The notes under the pieces were generated by a model. The model saw nothing but the letters and a program-made list of their open reading frames with translations. It was not told where the DNA came from and searched no databases. A DNA stretch of 64,000 nucleotides from Acidobacteriota bacterium (GTDB lineage Bacteria > Acidobacteriota > Vicinamibacteria > Vicinamibacterales > CAVVIG01), in the NCBI GenBank assembly GCA_040007095.1, contig JBDTVS010000051.1, forward strand, positions 15,739 through 79,738. The letters run 5' to 3'. Within the stretch, counting starts at the first letter, position 1. Every line of letters starts with the position of its first letter. The position numbers were made by a program, and so were the translations under genes. Positions 48,595-57,308 of this stretch are shown one piece after another.

Positions 48595-49521
48595 ATGCTG
48601 CCCGTCCCCGCACAGCTTCACGACATCTTTGGGTTGCCTGCATCGGCGGCCAGCCTGATTCACGATCACACCGACGGCGTCGACGTTCGCTGTCACGCCG
48701 CGTCGCGGCAGGAGCGGGACGAGTACATCCTCGAAATCCTGGAACTGATCCGATCGCCGCGAATCGAGCGGTCGGTGGAGGAGAACCGGGCGGCGTGGGA
48801 GCGCGGCTGGCAGCAGAACCTCGAGGAGGCGCGCGCGAGCGGCTTCGCACTCGAGGCGCTCAGGCCGAAGTACTTCCGCGGCAATCGATTTCTTCGTTGG
48901 CAGGGCGATGTGGTCGTCAGCGAGAACCCGCAGATCGAGTATGACCTCTTCGTCCTCGCCCGCCGATTGTTGTTCGGATCGTTCCTGCCCGGCATCCGCA
49001 CGATCTACGAGATCGGTTCTGGCAGCGGGAACAATCTCTGGCTGCTGTCGGAACTGTTCCCAGAGGCCAGGATCATCGGGCTCGACTGGGTCGCGCCGGC
49101 CGTTCAACTGGCGACCGAGCTTGGCCGCGCATCGCGAAGGCAGATCGAGGGTCGGCACCTCGATATGCTCAATCCAGACCGGGCGTTCGCGCTGGACCCG
49201 GGTGCCGCCGTCGTCACGATCCATGCTCTGGAACAGTTGGGCGATCAGCACCTGGCACTGCTCGACTGGCTGGCCGCGGCTCGGCCGGCCTTGGTGCTGC
49301 ACTACGAGCCGATCCTCGAGTTCTACGACCGCGCCAACGTGCTCGATTACCTGGCCCTCTGGTATTCGCAGCGCCGTCGATATCTGACCGGATTCTGGAC
49401 CGAGCTGGCCGCTCGCCGGGACGCAGGCCGCATCGAGGTGCTCGACGCGCGAAGACCGCGGCTCGGCGGCGTCTACCACGAGGCCTCGGTCATCGTCTGG
49501 CGGCCCACGGCGATAGATTAG
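48595..49521 (+). CDS. Class I SAM-dependent methyltransferase
   Basis: 'IYEIGSGSGNNL', 'IGLDW' and 'TIHALEQLG'. Confidence 0.82.
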   Translation: MLPVPAQLHDIFGLPASAASLIHDHTDGVDVRCHAASRQERDEYILEILELIRSPRIERSVEENRAAWERGWQQNLEEARASGFALEALRPKYFRGNRFLRWQGDVVVSENPQIEYDLFVLARRLLFGSFLPGIRTIYEIGSGSGNNLWLLSELFPEARIIGLDWVAPAVQLATELGRASRRQIEGRHLDMLNPDRAFALDPGAAVVTIHALEQLGDQHLALLDWLAAARPALVLHYEPILEFYDRANVLDYLALWYSQRRRYLTGFWTELAARRDAGRIEVLDARRPRLGGVYHEASVIVWRPTAID

Positions 49522-49618
49522 TGTCTGTATCCGCTGAAGCAAATCAGCCGGCGATGGGGCTCTGGATTCGGTGTGCTCCGCGCACTCGGTAGTTGAATCT
49601 TCAGTGGATCAGGGGCAA
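49519..49618. repeat. Small inverted-repeat element starting at the methyltransferase stop codon
   Basis: ATCCGCTGAAG ... CTTCAGTGGAT (one mismatch). Confidence 0.4.
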
Positions 49619-49629
49619 GACCACCGGCG

Positions 49630-49793
49630 TAAGGACCCGTAGATGAATCACGTGTGCCATTCTGGGCGTCGAGGCGCCCGCCCGGCAAGGCGCGAGGAGC
49701 GCGCATACCGGGCGTATGCAAGTGACGAGCAACGCCGCCCGGCGGGATGCATCGGCGGCCAGAGTGCGCACGTTATTCATCTACGGGTCCTTA
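49630..49793. mobile_element. MITE with perfect 19-bp terminal inverted repeats
   Basis: TAAGGACCCGTAGATGAAT (49630-48) and ATTCATCTACGGGTCCTTA (49775-93); non-coding core related to 29813-30055. Confidence 0.8.
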
Positions 49794-49894
49794 GGGCGAG
49801 CAGAATCAACGAGGGCGACTGTGGCTCGGCAGGCTCGGTGAACCCGGTGGTTTTGGTGACGGAAACAATCCAGCGCTAGAGGGTACCGCGGTTT

Positions 49895-50404
49895 ATGCAG
49901 GTAAACGACTCGACTCTGGACGGCGTGAAAATCATCACGCCGCCGACACTGTCCGAAGACTTCCGCGGCACGTACGTGGAGCTGTACAACGAATCGTTGT
50001 ACCGGCAGCACGGCATCGACGCGACCTTCCTCCAGGATGACATCTCGACCTCTACGCGACACGTCCTGCGCGGCGTCCACGGCGACCGGAAAACCTGGAA
50101 GCTCATCTCGTGCCTGGTCGGCCGCTTCTACCTGCTGGTCGTGAACAACGACCCGAGCCATCCGCAGTACCGGCGCTGGCAGGGCTTCACCCTGTCGGAG
50201 AACAATCGGCTGCAGGTGCTCATCCCTCCGGGATTTGGCAACGGCCACGTCGTGCTGAGCGACTTCGCGGTGTTTCACTACAAGCAGTCGACCTACTACG
50301 AGCGCGAATCGCAATTCACCTTGCTGTGGAATGACCCGGCGCTCGGATTCTGGTGGCCGGTGCGCGATCCGATCGTGTCGCGCCGGGATTGCGGGCTCGA
50401 ATAA
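49895..50404 (+). CDS. RmlC-family NDP-4-keto-6-deoxy-sugar 3(,5)-epimerase (heptose-type, MlghB/DdahB-like)
   Basis: 'VLRGVHGDRKTWKLISC', 'LIPPGFGNGH' and 'WNDP...WWP'. Confidence 0.88.
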   Translation: MQVNDSTLDGVKIITPPTLSEDFRGTYVELYNESLYRQHGIDATFLQDDISTSTRHVLRGVHGDRKTWKLISCLVGRFYLLVVNNDPSHPQYRRWQGFTLSENNRLQVLIPPGFGNGHVVLSDFAVFHYKQSTYYERESQFTLLWNDPALGFWWPVRDPIVSRRDCGLE

Positions 50405-50430
50405 CCAGACGCAGCGTCACTCGTGGTGTA

Positions 50431-50516
50431 TCAGTTTGACGTTTACCACCGAGCACACCCCAGTGCACCGAGGCAAGACATTGGGTTTCTCTCGGTGATC
50501 TCGGTGGTTGACGTTT
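50431..50516. repeat. 9-mer REP-like palindrome
   Basis: TCAGTTTGACGTTTACCACCGAGCACACC ... CTCGGTGATCTCGGTGGTTGAC. Confidence 0.8.
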
Positions 50517-50539
50517 GAAACTCAAACGCGCCGCGTCAC

Positions 50540-50572
50540 TTGACCGTCTCGCTGGTAAGACGATATCTTACC
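50540..50572 (+). promoter_or_regulatory. Toxin-antitoxin promoter with palindromic operator
   Basis: -35 TTGACC; GGTAAGA-N5-TCTTACC palindrome over the -10 region, a few bp before the antitoxin ATG (leaderless-like). Confidence 0.6.
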
Positions 50573-50576
50573 TTCG

Positions 50577-50807
50577 ATGAAGACGACGGTATCCTCGAAG
50601 GGCCAGATCGTGCTGCCGGCGGAGCTTCGCCAGCAGGACCGCATCGAAGCCGGGCAGGAATTCGAAATCGAGCGGCTCGATCGCGGCGAGTACCGGCTGG
50701 TGCGGCGCACCGCCAGCCCGAACGAAGGCGTGGTGGATTGGTTGTTGGCCTGCCCCGAGAAGGGATTCTTCGTCCCGATAGAATCTGAGTGGACAGACAC
50801 GTTGTGA
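50577..50807 (+). CDS. AbrB/MazE/SpoVT-family antitoxin
   Basis: 'MKTTVSSKGQIVLPAELR....I..G'. Confidence 0.9.
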   Translation: MKTTVSSKGQIVLPAELRQQDRIEAGQEFEIERLDRGEYRLVRRTASPNEGVVDWLLACPEKGFFVPIESEWTDTL

Positions 50808-51217
50808 CCTTCCTGGTCGACGCGAGCGTGCTCAGCGAACCCACGAAAGTGTCCCCGAACCCGAGGGTCGTCGAATGGCTCAGGCGCCATGAGTCGGAAA
50901 TCGCCATCGACCCCATCATTCTGGGCGAGGTTCGGTACGGAATCTTGATGCTACCCAAAGGAAAGCGGCGAGCTGGCCTCGAGCGCTGGTTCGATACCGG
51001 CGTTCAAAGGCTTCAATGCCTGCCGTGGGAAGCGGAAACGGGACTGCGATGGGCAGCGCTGCTCGCCAGTCTTCGCGCCGCAGGCCGCGCCGTGCCGATC
51101 AAGGACAGCCTCATCGCGGCCTCAGCGCTCGCTCACGGTCTGGTCGTCGCCACACGCAACCGCGCTGACTTCCAGAAAACGGGCGTCACACTCGTCGATC
51201 CGTTCACAGAAGGATGA
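50804..51217 (+). CDS. vapC: VapC PIN-domain toxin
   Basis: 'FLVDASVLSE', 'GEVRYG', 'DSLIAASA' and 'VATRNRADF'. Confidence 0.9.
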   Translation: MTFLVDASVLSEPTKVSPNPRVVEWLRRHESEIAIDPIILGEVRYGILMLPKGKRRAGLERWFDTGVQRLQCLPWEAETGLRWAALLASLRAAGRAVPIKDSLIAASALAHGLVVATRNRADFQKTGVTLVDPFTEG

Positions 51218-52638
51218 CGCGGGATCAACCGCTCTTCTCCATCATCTGCACGGTCAAGGATCGCGCCTCTCTGATCAGGCCATGCGTCGAAAGCGTACTG
51301 GCTCAAGACGACCCATCTGTCGACTTCGTCGTCCAGGACGGGGCGTCGACTGACGGCACACTCGCAATTCTGCGTGAATACGGCGACCGCATTCGACTGG
51401 TGTCGGAACCCGATGCGGGCGCCGGCGACGGTTTGTTCCGGGCGCTCCGACGCGCGCGCGGCGAGTTCTGGGGGTCCTGCCTGTCGGACGAACGACTGGT
51501 CCCGGACGCCGTCTCCTGGGCGCGGCGCACGTTCGCGGAACATCACGACCTGGGCGGCATGTACGGCTACGCCGAAGGCATCGATCGCGAAGGCGCGCGG
51601 CTGTCGCGGCAGGACGCTGGGGAGTTTTCGATCGAGAGCCTGCTGACCTATCGTCAACTCCCGCCGTTCGTGGCCAGCTTCTTTCGAATGGCCGACTACC
51701 GGCAGATCGGGCTCTGGGACTACACGGGCGGCGGCGAGCTGGACCTCTGGTTTCGGTTCGCGGTTCGATTCGCGATCCGCCGATTTCCAAAGCTCGTCGC
51801 CTACTACGGCATCGACCGCTCCACGCTCTCCAACCAGACGATGATCTACAAGGCCGAACGAGACTCTCGACTGGAGACGCTGAGGCGGCTGTTTCACGAT
51901 GATCCGGCAGGGCGATCCTACCTGCACCTCGAGGCTCGAGCGTATGCCGGATTCTTCCTTCGCTACGCCGGGATGTTTGTCCGCAACGCCGAATGGGATC
52001 TCGCGAGCGAGTCCTTCCGCCAGGCTCGAGCGCATTGGCCCGCTTGTGCCCATGACTGGCTCTCGGAAGGCGATCCGCGCGTGACCGCGCTCCAACTTCG
52101 CTTCGCCTCGCCGTCCGACGTGCCGTCGCGGCGGCGCACGCTGATCGACCACGTTGGGTCGCCATCGCGCGAATCGTGCGCCGCCCTCCTGCAATTTCCT
52201 CGAGAGGAAGCGGAAACACTGCGCCTCGAGTGGCTGCACTACACTGTGGATCGGCCATTCAACGTGTGGACACTCCTTCCCTCTTTGGGCATTCAGTGCG
52301 TCGCGCTCTTCGGTGGTGAAGGATGGGGCCTCGCAGTCCATCGGCAACTGGCCACCGCCGGCGTCGCCTGCCTCGCGGTCATCGACAACAACGCGAGCAC
52401 GCGGCAGGCGGCGATGATTCCGGCGCCGTACTTTTCGCTGGCTGACTACACCGTCAATGGCCCCGCTGTGGACGCTGTGCTCTCCAGTCTCCAGGGCGAC
52501 CACGACCGGACCGTGCTTGAGGAGCTTCAAGCCAAGTTGGGGCCTGCGGCGCCTGTACTGTCGTGGAAGACGCTGTTCTCGATTCTTGCCGACGCTCCGG
52601 CCTCCACGTCTACTTCTAGGGCGATACAAGACGTGTGA
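51214..52638 (+). CDS. GT2 glycosyltransferase with a C-terminal Rossmann-like domain
   Basis: 'VQDGASTDGT' and 'SCLSDERLVPDAV' (same subfamily as 39609 and 42117); C-terminal 'VALFGGEGWG...VIDNN'. Confidence 0.85.
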   Translation: MTRDQPLFSIICTVKDRASLIRPCVESVLAQDDPSVDFVVQDGASTDGTLAILREYGDRIRLVSEPDAGAGDGLFRALRRARGEFWGSCLSDERLVPDAVSWARRTFAEHHDLGGMYGYAEGIDREGARLSRQDAGEFSIESLLTYRQLPPFVASFFRMADYRQIGLWDYTGGGELDLWFRFAVRFAIRRFPKLVAYYGIDRSTLSNQTMIYKAERDSRLETLRRLFHDDPAGRSYLHLEARAYAGFFLRYAGMFVRNAEWDLASESFRQARAHWPACAHDWLSEGDPRVTALQLRFASPSDVPSRRRTLIDHVGSPSRESCAALLQFPREEAETLRLEWLHYTVDRPFNVWTLLPSLGIQCVALFGGEGWGLAVHRQLATAGVACLAVIDNNASTRQAAMIPAPYFSLADYTVNGPAVDAVLSSLQGDHDRTVLEELQAKLGPAAPVLSWKTLFSILADAPASTSTSRAIQDV

Positions 52639-52750
52639 CCGCGGGAGCACGGCGCCGCAAACACCTCGGCTCGACAAACGAACCGGCGGGCCTGGAGCAC
52701 GCGCGCTGCATGGCGCTCCATTGAGCTTCGAGAACGGGAAAGGAATGAGA

Positions 52751-53764
52751 ATGCCGGCACGCGCGTTCATCACAGGCATCACAGGGATGGTGGGGTCGCA
52801 CCTCGCCGATTTTCTCCTCGCGCAGACTGACTGGGAAATCATCGGCCTGTCCCGGTGGCGAAGCCCGATGGACAACATCGAGCATCTGTTCCCGCGGATT
52901 AACGATGGGGATCGAGTCACGCTGGTCCAGGGCGACCTGCGCGACAGCCTGTCGATGCAGCGTGCGGTTGACCTTGCGCGGCCCGACTACGTGTTTCACC
53001 TGGCAGCACAGAGCTACCCGCGCGTCAGCTTCGACTCTCCGCTCGAGACGCTCGAGCCGAACATTCTCGGTACCTGCCGGCTGCTCGAATGCCTCCGGTT
53101 ACGGAAGGATCTCAGCCCGGTTGTTCACGTCTGCTCCTCATCCGAAGTGTTCGGTCGAGTGCCTCGCGAGCGTCTCCCGATCGACGAATCGTGCTCCTTT
53201 CATCCAGCGTCTCCATATGCCATTTCGAAAGTGGCGACGGATCTCCTGGGCCGCTACTACGCGGAGGCCTACGGTCTGAAGATTGTGACGACCAGGATGT
53301 TCACGCACACCGGACCACGCCGCGGCGACGTGTTCGCCGAGTCGACTTTTGCCAAGCAGATCGCGATGATCGAGTCGGGCCAGCTCCCACCGATCGTCAA
53401 GACTGGCAATCTCGACTCGCTCAGAACCTGGGCCGACGTTCGCGATGCAGTCCGCGCGTATTTCATGCTGGTAACGGTCGATCCGATTCCCGGCGAGGTC
53501 TACAACATCGGCGGCGCCTATTCGTGCACCATCGGCGACATGCTGCAGACGCTGCTGTCGTTCGCCACGGTCCAGGGCATCCGCGTCGAGACCGACCCCG
53601 AACGCCTGCGGCCGATCGACGCCGATCTCCAGGTGCCCGACACGACGAAGTTTCGCACCCACACCGGCTGGGCTCCCGAAATCCCCTTCGAGCAGACCAT
53701 GCGCGATCTGCTTCAGTACTGGCGGGACCGGATGGCCAACGGTCAGCGGTTTCTTCAACGGTGA
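52751..53764 (+). CDS. GDP-sugar 4,6-dehydratase of the DmhA/WcbK (GDP-manno-heptose) type
   Basis: 'ITGITGMVGSHLADFLL..TDW.I.GL.RW..PMDNI.HL', 'HLAAQSYP..SF', 'SSSEV', 'SPYAISK' and 'THTGPRRGDVF.EST.AKQIA'. Confidence 0.88.
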   Translation: MPARAFITGITGMVGSHLADFLLAQTDWEIIGLSRWRSPMDNIEHLFPRINDGDRVTLVQGDLRDSLSMQRAVDLARPDYVFHLAAQSYPRVSFDSPLETLEPNILGTCRLLECLRLRKDLSPVVHVCSSSEVFGRVPRERLPIDESCSFHPASPYAISKVATDLLGRYYAEAYGLKIVTTRMFTHTGPRRGDVFAESTFAKQIAMIESGQLPPIVKTGNLDSLRTWADVRDAVRAYFMLVTVDPIPGEVYNIGGAYSCTIGDMLQTLLSFATVQGIRVETDPERLRPIDADLQVPDTTKFRTHTGWAPEIPFEQTMRDLLQYWRDRMANGQRFLQR

Positions 53765-53789
53765 GGGTCTTCAACGTAAATCGAAATGC

Positions 53790-53845
53790 AACCACGAAAG
53801 CACTGTTGAATGCATTCGCTTCGTGTTCTTTGTGTCCATGGTGGG
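53790..53845. repeat. Degenerate 9-mer REP-like palindrome
   Basis: AACCACGAAAGCAC ... CTTCGTGTTCTTTGTGTCCATGGTGG. Confidence 0.5.
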
Positions 53846-53872
53846 CATTCGTCATGACCGACATGATGCGCC

Positions 53873-54853
53873 GTGATTCTCGCTGAGGACGCGCGGATCT
53901 TCGTGGCCGGCGGCGCCGGCATGGCCGGCAGCGCCATCGTCGAGGCGTTGATCAAGCGGCGGCCACACGGGCGCGTGCGAGCCACGTATCGCGCCACGGC
54001 GCCGGCGGTCGTCGACCAGCGTGTCGAGCACGTGCGGCTCGACCTGACGGATGGACCAGCGCTCACCGCCGCTTTGCAAGGATGCGACGCGGCGATCCTT
54101 GCGGCATCCGAGAGCGGCGGGATCGGGATGCTGACCAGCGAGCCGTGGCGCCAGGTGAAGCCCAATCTCGTGATCGCGGCGACCTGGCTGGAGGCGCTGC
54201 ACGACGCGGGCGTCCGCCGCGCAGTGTTTGTCGGCTCCGCGACCGTGTATCAACCCTTCGATGGAGCCATCGAGGAGGATCAACTCGACTGGAACCAGGA
54301 TCCGAGCCCCGAAGCGTTCGGCGTCGGGTGGGTGATGCGCACGTCGGAGAAGCTGTGCGAGTTCTGGGGCCGCACGGCAGGGCTCGACATCGTGAGAGTG
54401 CGGGCCGCCAACATCTACGGTCCGCGCGCGCGCTTCGACCCGGCGCGCTCCAACTTCATCCCCGCGCTGATTCGAAAAGCGGCCGACCGGCTCGATCCGT
54501 TCGAGGTCTGGGGATCGCCGGAGGTCACGAGGGATGTCGTCTACCGCGCTGACTTCGGCGAAGCGATCGTTCGGCTTCTGGAGGCGCCATCGACCAATGG
54601 ACAGGTGTTCAACGTAGGATCGGGCCGCGGCGTCCGCGTTGACGAAGTCGTGGCGACGGTGCGGCGTGTCGCGGAATGCGCACAGTCCCGCGTGGTCTAC
54701 GTCGCCGCCGGCCCCACTTCATCACGCAGCCGCGTGCTCAATTGCGACCACCTGTTCGATACAATACGCTGGTTGCCTTCCACATCAATCGAGCAGGGGA
54801 TTCGCGAGACGCTGAACTGGTGGCGCGCGAACAGGACGACATGGCCACGATAA
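53873..54853 (+). CDS. Third Fcl-like NDP-sugar reductase/epimerase
   Basis: GGAGMAG and 'NIYGPRARFDP..SNFIPAL...VWG....RD'; the motif reads VGWVM. Confidence 0.85.
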   Translation: MILAEDARIFVAGGAGMAGSAIVEALIKRRPHGRVRATYRATAPAVVDQRVEHVRLDLTDGPALTAALQGCDAAILAASESGGIGMLTSEPWRQVKPNLVIAATWLEALHDAGVRRAVFVGSATVYQPFDGAIEEDQLDWNQDPSPEAFGVGWVMRTSEKLCEFWGRTAGLDIVRVRAANIYGPRARFDPARSNFIPALIRKAADRLDPFEVWGSPEVTRDVVYRADFGEAIVRLLEAPSTNGQVFNVGSGRGVRVDEVVATVRRVAECAQSRVVYVAAGPTSSRSRVLNCDHLFDTIRWLPSTSIEQGIRETLNWWRANRTTWPR

Positions 54854-55608
54854 AGGTCGGCGAGCACGGTGCCATCGCGCTCACCGCGCGCAGCGAGGAA
54901 GACGCCTTTGCCGAGCTGGCCGTCAGGCTCAAGAACAGCGGGATCCCGCCGGGCGAAATCCTCGGCAACCTCGGCTTGTTCATGCCGTCGAAGCACCTCG
55001 CCCGGCTGCTGTTCTTTCGGGACATCTACCCGCTCGTCCTGCACACCCACGGCATCATTGCCGAGTTCGGCGTGCGCTGGGGCCAGACGCTCGCCTTCCT
55101 CTCGAACCTGCGCAGCATCTACGAGCCCTTCAACCGGCACCGGCGTATCGTCGGCTTCGATACGTTTGAAGGGTTCGTGGGCGTCGCGCCGGAAGATGGC
55201 GCGCGGCCGGCGTGCCGAGACGGCGATTTCTCGGTCCCCTCGTCCTACGAAGACGAACTGACCCGAGTGCTGGCGCTTCACGAGCAACTGAACCCGATCT
55301 CGCATCTGCGTCGGTTCGAGTTGGTGAAAGGCGACGCCGTACACACGGTGCCCGCGTGGTTCGATGCCCATCCCGAAGCGGTGGTGTCGCTGGCGATCTT
55401 TGATTTCGATATCTACGCTCCGACCAAAGCCGCCCTTCTGGCCGTCAAGCCGCGGCTCTTCAAGGGATCGGTGCTCGTGTTCGACGAACTGTCCGACGAT
55501 GTGTTTCCCGGGGAAACGGTGGCGGTGCAGGAAGTCCTGGGCCTGAACACGCTTCGTATCCAGCGCTCACCGAGCGTATCGCGCGTCTGCTACGCGGTCA
55601 TCGAATGA
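54841..55608 (+). CDS. TylF/MycF-family sugar O-methyltransferase
   Basis: 'IAEFGVRWG', 'GFDTFEGF', 'LVKGD', 'DFDIYAPT' and 'VFDE'. Confidence 0.82.
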   Translation: MATIKVGEHGAIALTARSEEDAFAELAVRLKNSGIPPGEILGNLGLFMPSKHLARLLFFRDIYPLVLHTHGIIAEFGVRWGQTLAFLSNLRSIYEPFNRHRRIVGFDTFEGFVGVAPEDGARPACRDGDFSVPSSYEDELTRVLALHEQLNPISHLRRFELVKGDAVHTVPAWFDAHPEAVVSLAIFDFDIYAPTKAALLAVKPRLFKGSVLVFDELSDDVFPGETVAVQEVLGLNTLRIQRSPSVSRVCYAVIE

Positions 55609-56387
55609 CGCCGACGGCGCGCGCCGCCCGCGAGTGGGCGATCCGATGTTCCCGAGCGAGCGGCCAGGGCCATTTGCCCAGCTCGTTTTCGATCATCGAG
55701 CTCGCGGTGTCCGCCTACGCCGTGATGCGTCACGACCCCGCCGCGCCACGATGGCCCGACCGCGACCTGTTCATTCTCAGCAAGGGTCACGCGGCGCTCG
55801 GCTACTACTGCGTGCTGGCGCAGCTTGGATACTTCCCGCCGGCCGAGGTCGAGCAATTCGGCGCGTACCGATCCGCCTTCGGTTGTCATCCTGACCGGCT
55901 CAAGGTACCCGGCGTCGAGGCGTCGTGCGGCTCGCTCGGGCATGGGATCGGCATTGCCGTCGGCATGGCCCTCGCCTTGCGAATCCAAGGCAGCGACCGA
56001 CGCGTGTTCGTCCTGGTCGGCGACGGCGAGGCCAACGAAGGATCGGTGTGGGAAGCGGTCATGGTCGCCTCGGATCGCCGGCTGGCCAACCTCACGATTC
56101 TGTACGATCACAATCGATCGCAGGTGCGCTGCCTGCAAATCCCGAATCCGGCCGAGCGGTTCGCCGCCTTCGGGTGCGCCACCACGGAGGTCGACGGCCA
56201 CGACGAGGACGCGATTGCGGCCGCCGTGCGGGAGCCTGCCGACACCGTGAAGGTGGTGGTCGGCCGGACCATCAAGGGGTACGGCTGCGCCTCCATGGAA
56301 CAGAACTTCTTCGAGTGGCACCGCAAGTCGCCTTCGCCCGAGACCTACGAGGAGCTGATGTCCGAGCTCAATGCGAAAACAGTTTAG
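55605..56387 (+). CDS. Transketolase-like TPP enzyme, N-terminal subunit
   Basis: 'DLFILSKGHA', 'GSLGHG' and the TPP motif 'GDGEANEGSVWEA...N'. Confidence 0.92.
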   Translation: MTPTARAAREWAIRCSRASGQGHLPSSFSIIELAVSAYAVMRHDPAAPRWPDRDLFILSKGHAALGYYCVLAQLGYFPPAEVEQFGAYRSAFGCHPDRLKVPGVEASCGSLGHGIGIAVGMALALRIQGSDRRVFVLVGDGEANEGSVWEAVMVASDRRLANLTILYDHNRSQVRCLQIPNPAERFAAFGCATTEVDGHDEDAIAAAVREPADTVKVVVGRTIKGYGCASMEQNFFEWHRKSPSPETYEELMSELNAKTV

Positions 56388-57237
56388 AGACACCGTTACG
56401 GAGCTGGCCGAGGCCGACGAACGCGTCGTCCTCGTGTTCGGCGACATCTCCGTCTTCCTGTTCGAGCCGTTCGTTCGTCGCTTCCCGAACCGGTTCTACA
56501 ACCTCGGGATTTGTGAGAACACACTGGTCAGCGTCGCGGCCGGCCTGGCGTCGCAGGGACTGATTCCATTCGTTCATACGATCGCCCCGTTCGTCACGGA
56601 ACGCTGCCTCGAGCAGATCAAGATTGACGTGGGCTACAACCGCTTCCCGATCAATATCGTCACCTGCGGCGCGACCTACGATTACGCGTGGGACGGCCCG
56701 ACCCATCAAGCCCTGGCGGACATGGGCGCGCTTCGGCTCATTCCTGACATCGAGATCGTGCAGCCGGGGACGCGGCAGGAAACCGACCGACTGCTGAGGG
56801 ATCGGTACGCGAGCGGCACGCCGACCTACTTCCGGCTGTCGGACCATCCGCACGGGGCGATTTTTCCCGTAGAGTTCGCGCGCGGTGTCGTGGTCCGCGA
56901 CGTGGGCGGACCGGTCACCGTCGTGACCGCCGGACCGATCCTGGCCAACGTCTTGCCGGCAGTAGAGTCGCTGCCGGTCAACGTGATCTACTTCTCGACC
57001 ATCAAGCCGCTCGATGGCGAGATCCTGTCAGCGTTCGCGCACACCCGGTTTCTCGTCGTCCACGACGCGACCGGACTCTTCGAAGAGGTCTGCGAACATA
57101 CGGCGGGGCCGGTCACCCGCCTCGGGCTGCCCGATCGCTTCGTGTCGTGTTACGGAACGATTCAGGACATTCGACGCGAGATCGGCCTCGACCCAGAGCA
57201 CATTCGGCACGTGGTGTCCGAGCTGCTGTCACGCTGA
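56371..57237 (+). CDS. Transketolase-like TPP enzyme, C-terminal subunit
   Basis: 'RFYNLGICE', 'R..EQIK', 'DGPTHQ' and 'TYFRL'. Confidence 0.92.
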   Translation: MRKQFRDTVTELAEADERVVLVFGDISVFLFEPFVRRFPNRFYNLGICENTLVSVAAGLASQGLIPFVHTIAPFVTERCLEQIKIDVGYNRFPINIVTCGATYDYAWDGPTHQALADMGALRLIPDIEIVQPGTRQETDRLLRDRYASGTPTYFRLSDHPHGAIFPVEFARGVVVRDVGGPVTVVTAGPILANVLPAVESLPVNVIYFSTIKPLDGEILSAFAHTRFLVVHDATGLFEEVCEHTAGPVTRLGLPDRFVSCYGTIQDIRREIGLDPEHIRHVVSELLSR

Positions 57238-57264
57238 ACGCAAAGAGCGGGTTTACGAATCAGG

Positions 57265-57308
57265 GCTGATGGCACATCGTGAATGGCGAATCGCGAACGG
57301 CTGATGGC
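57265..57308. repeat. Short degenerate heptamer tandem repeat
   Basis: GCTGATGGC...GAATGGC GAATCGC GAACGGC TGATGGC at a gene junction. Confidence 0.45.

Noticed and set aside
51133-52920. 595-aa minus-strand ORF
   Set aside because: It is the antisense shadow of the GT2 and dehydratase genes, with no motifs of its own.
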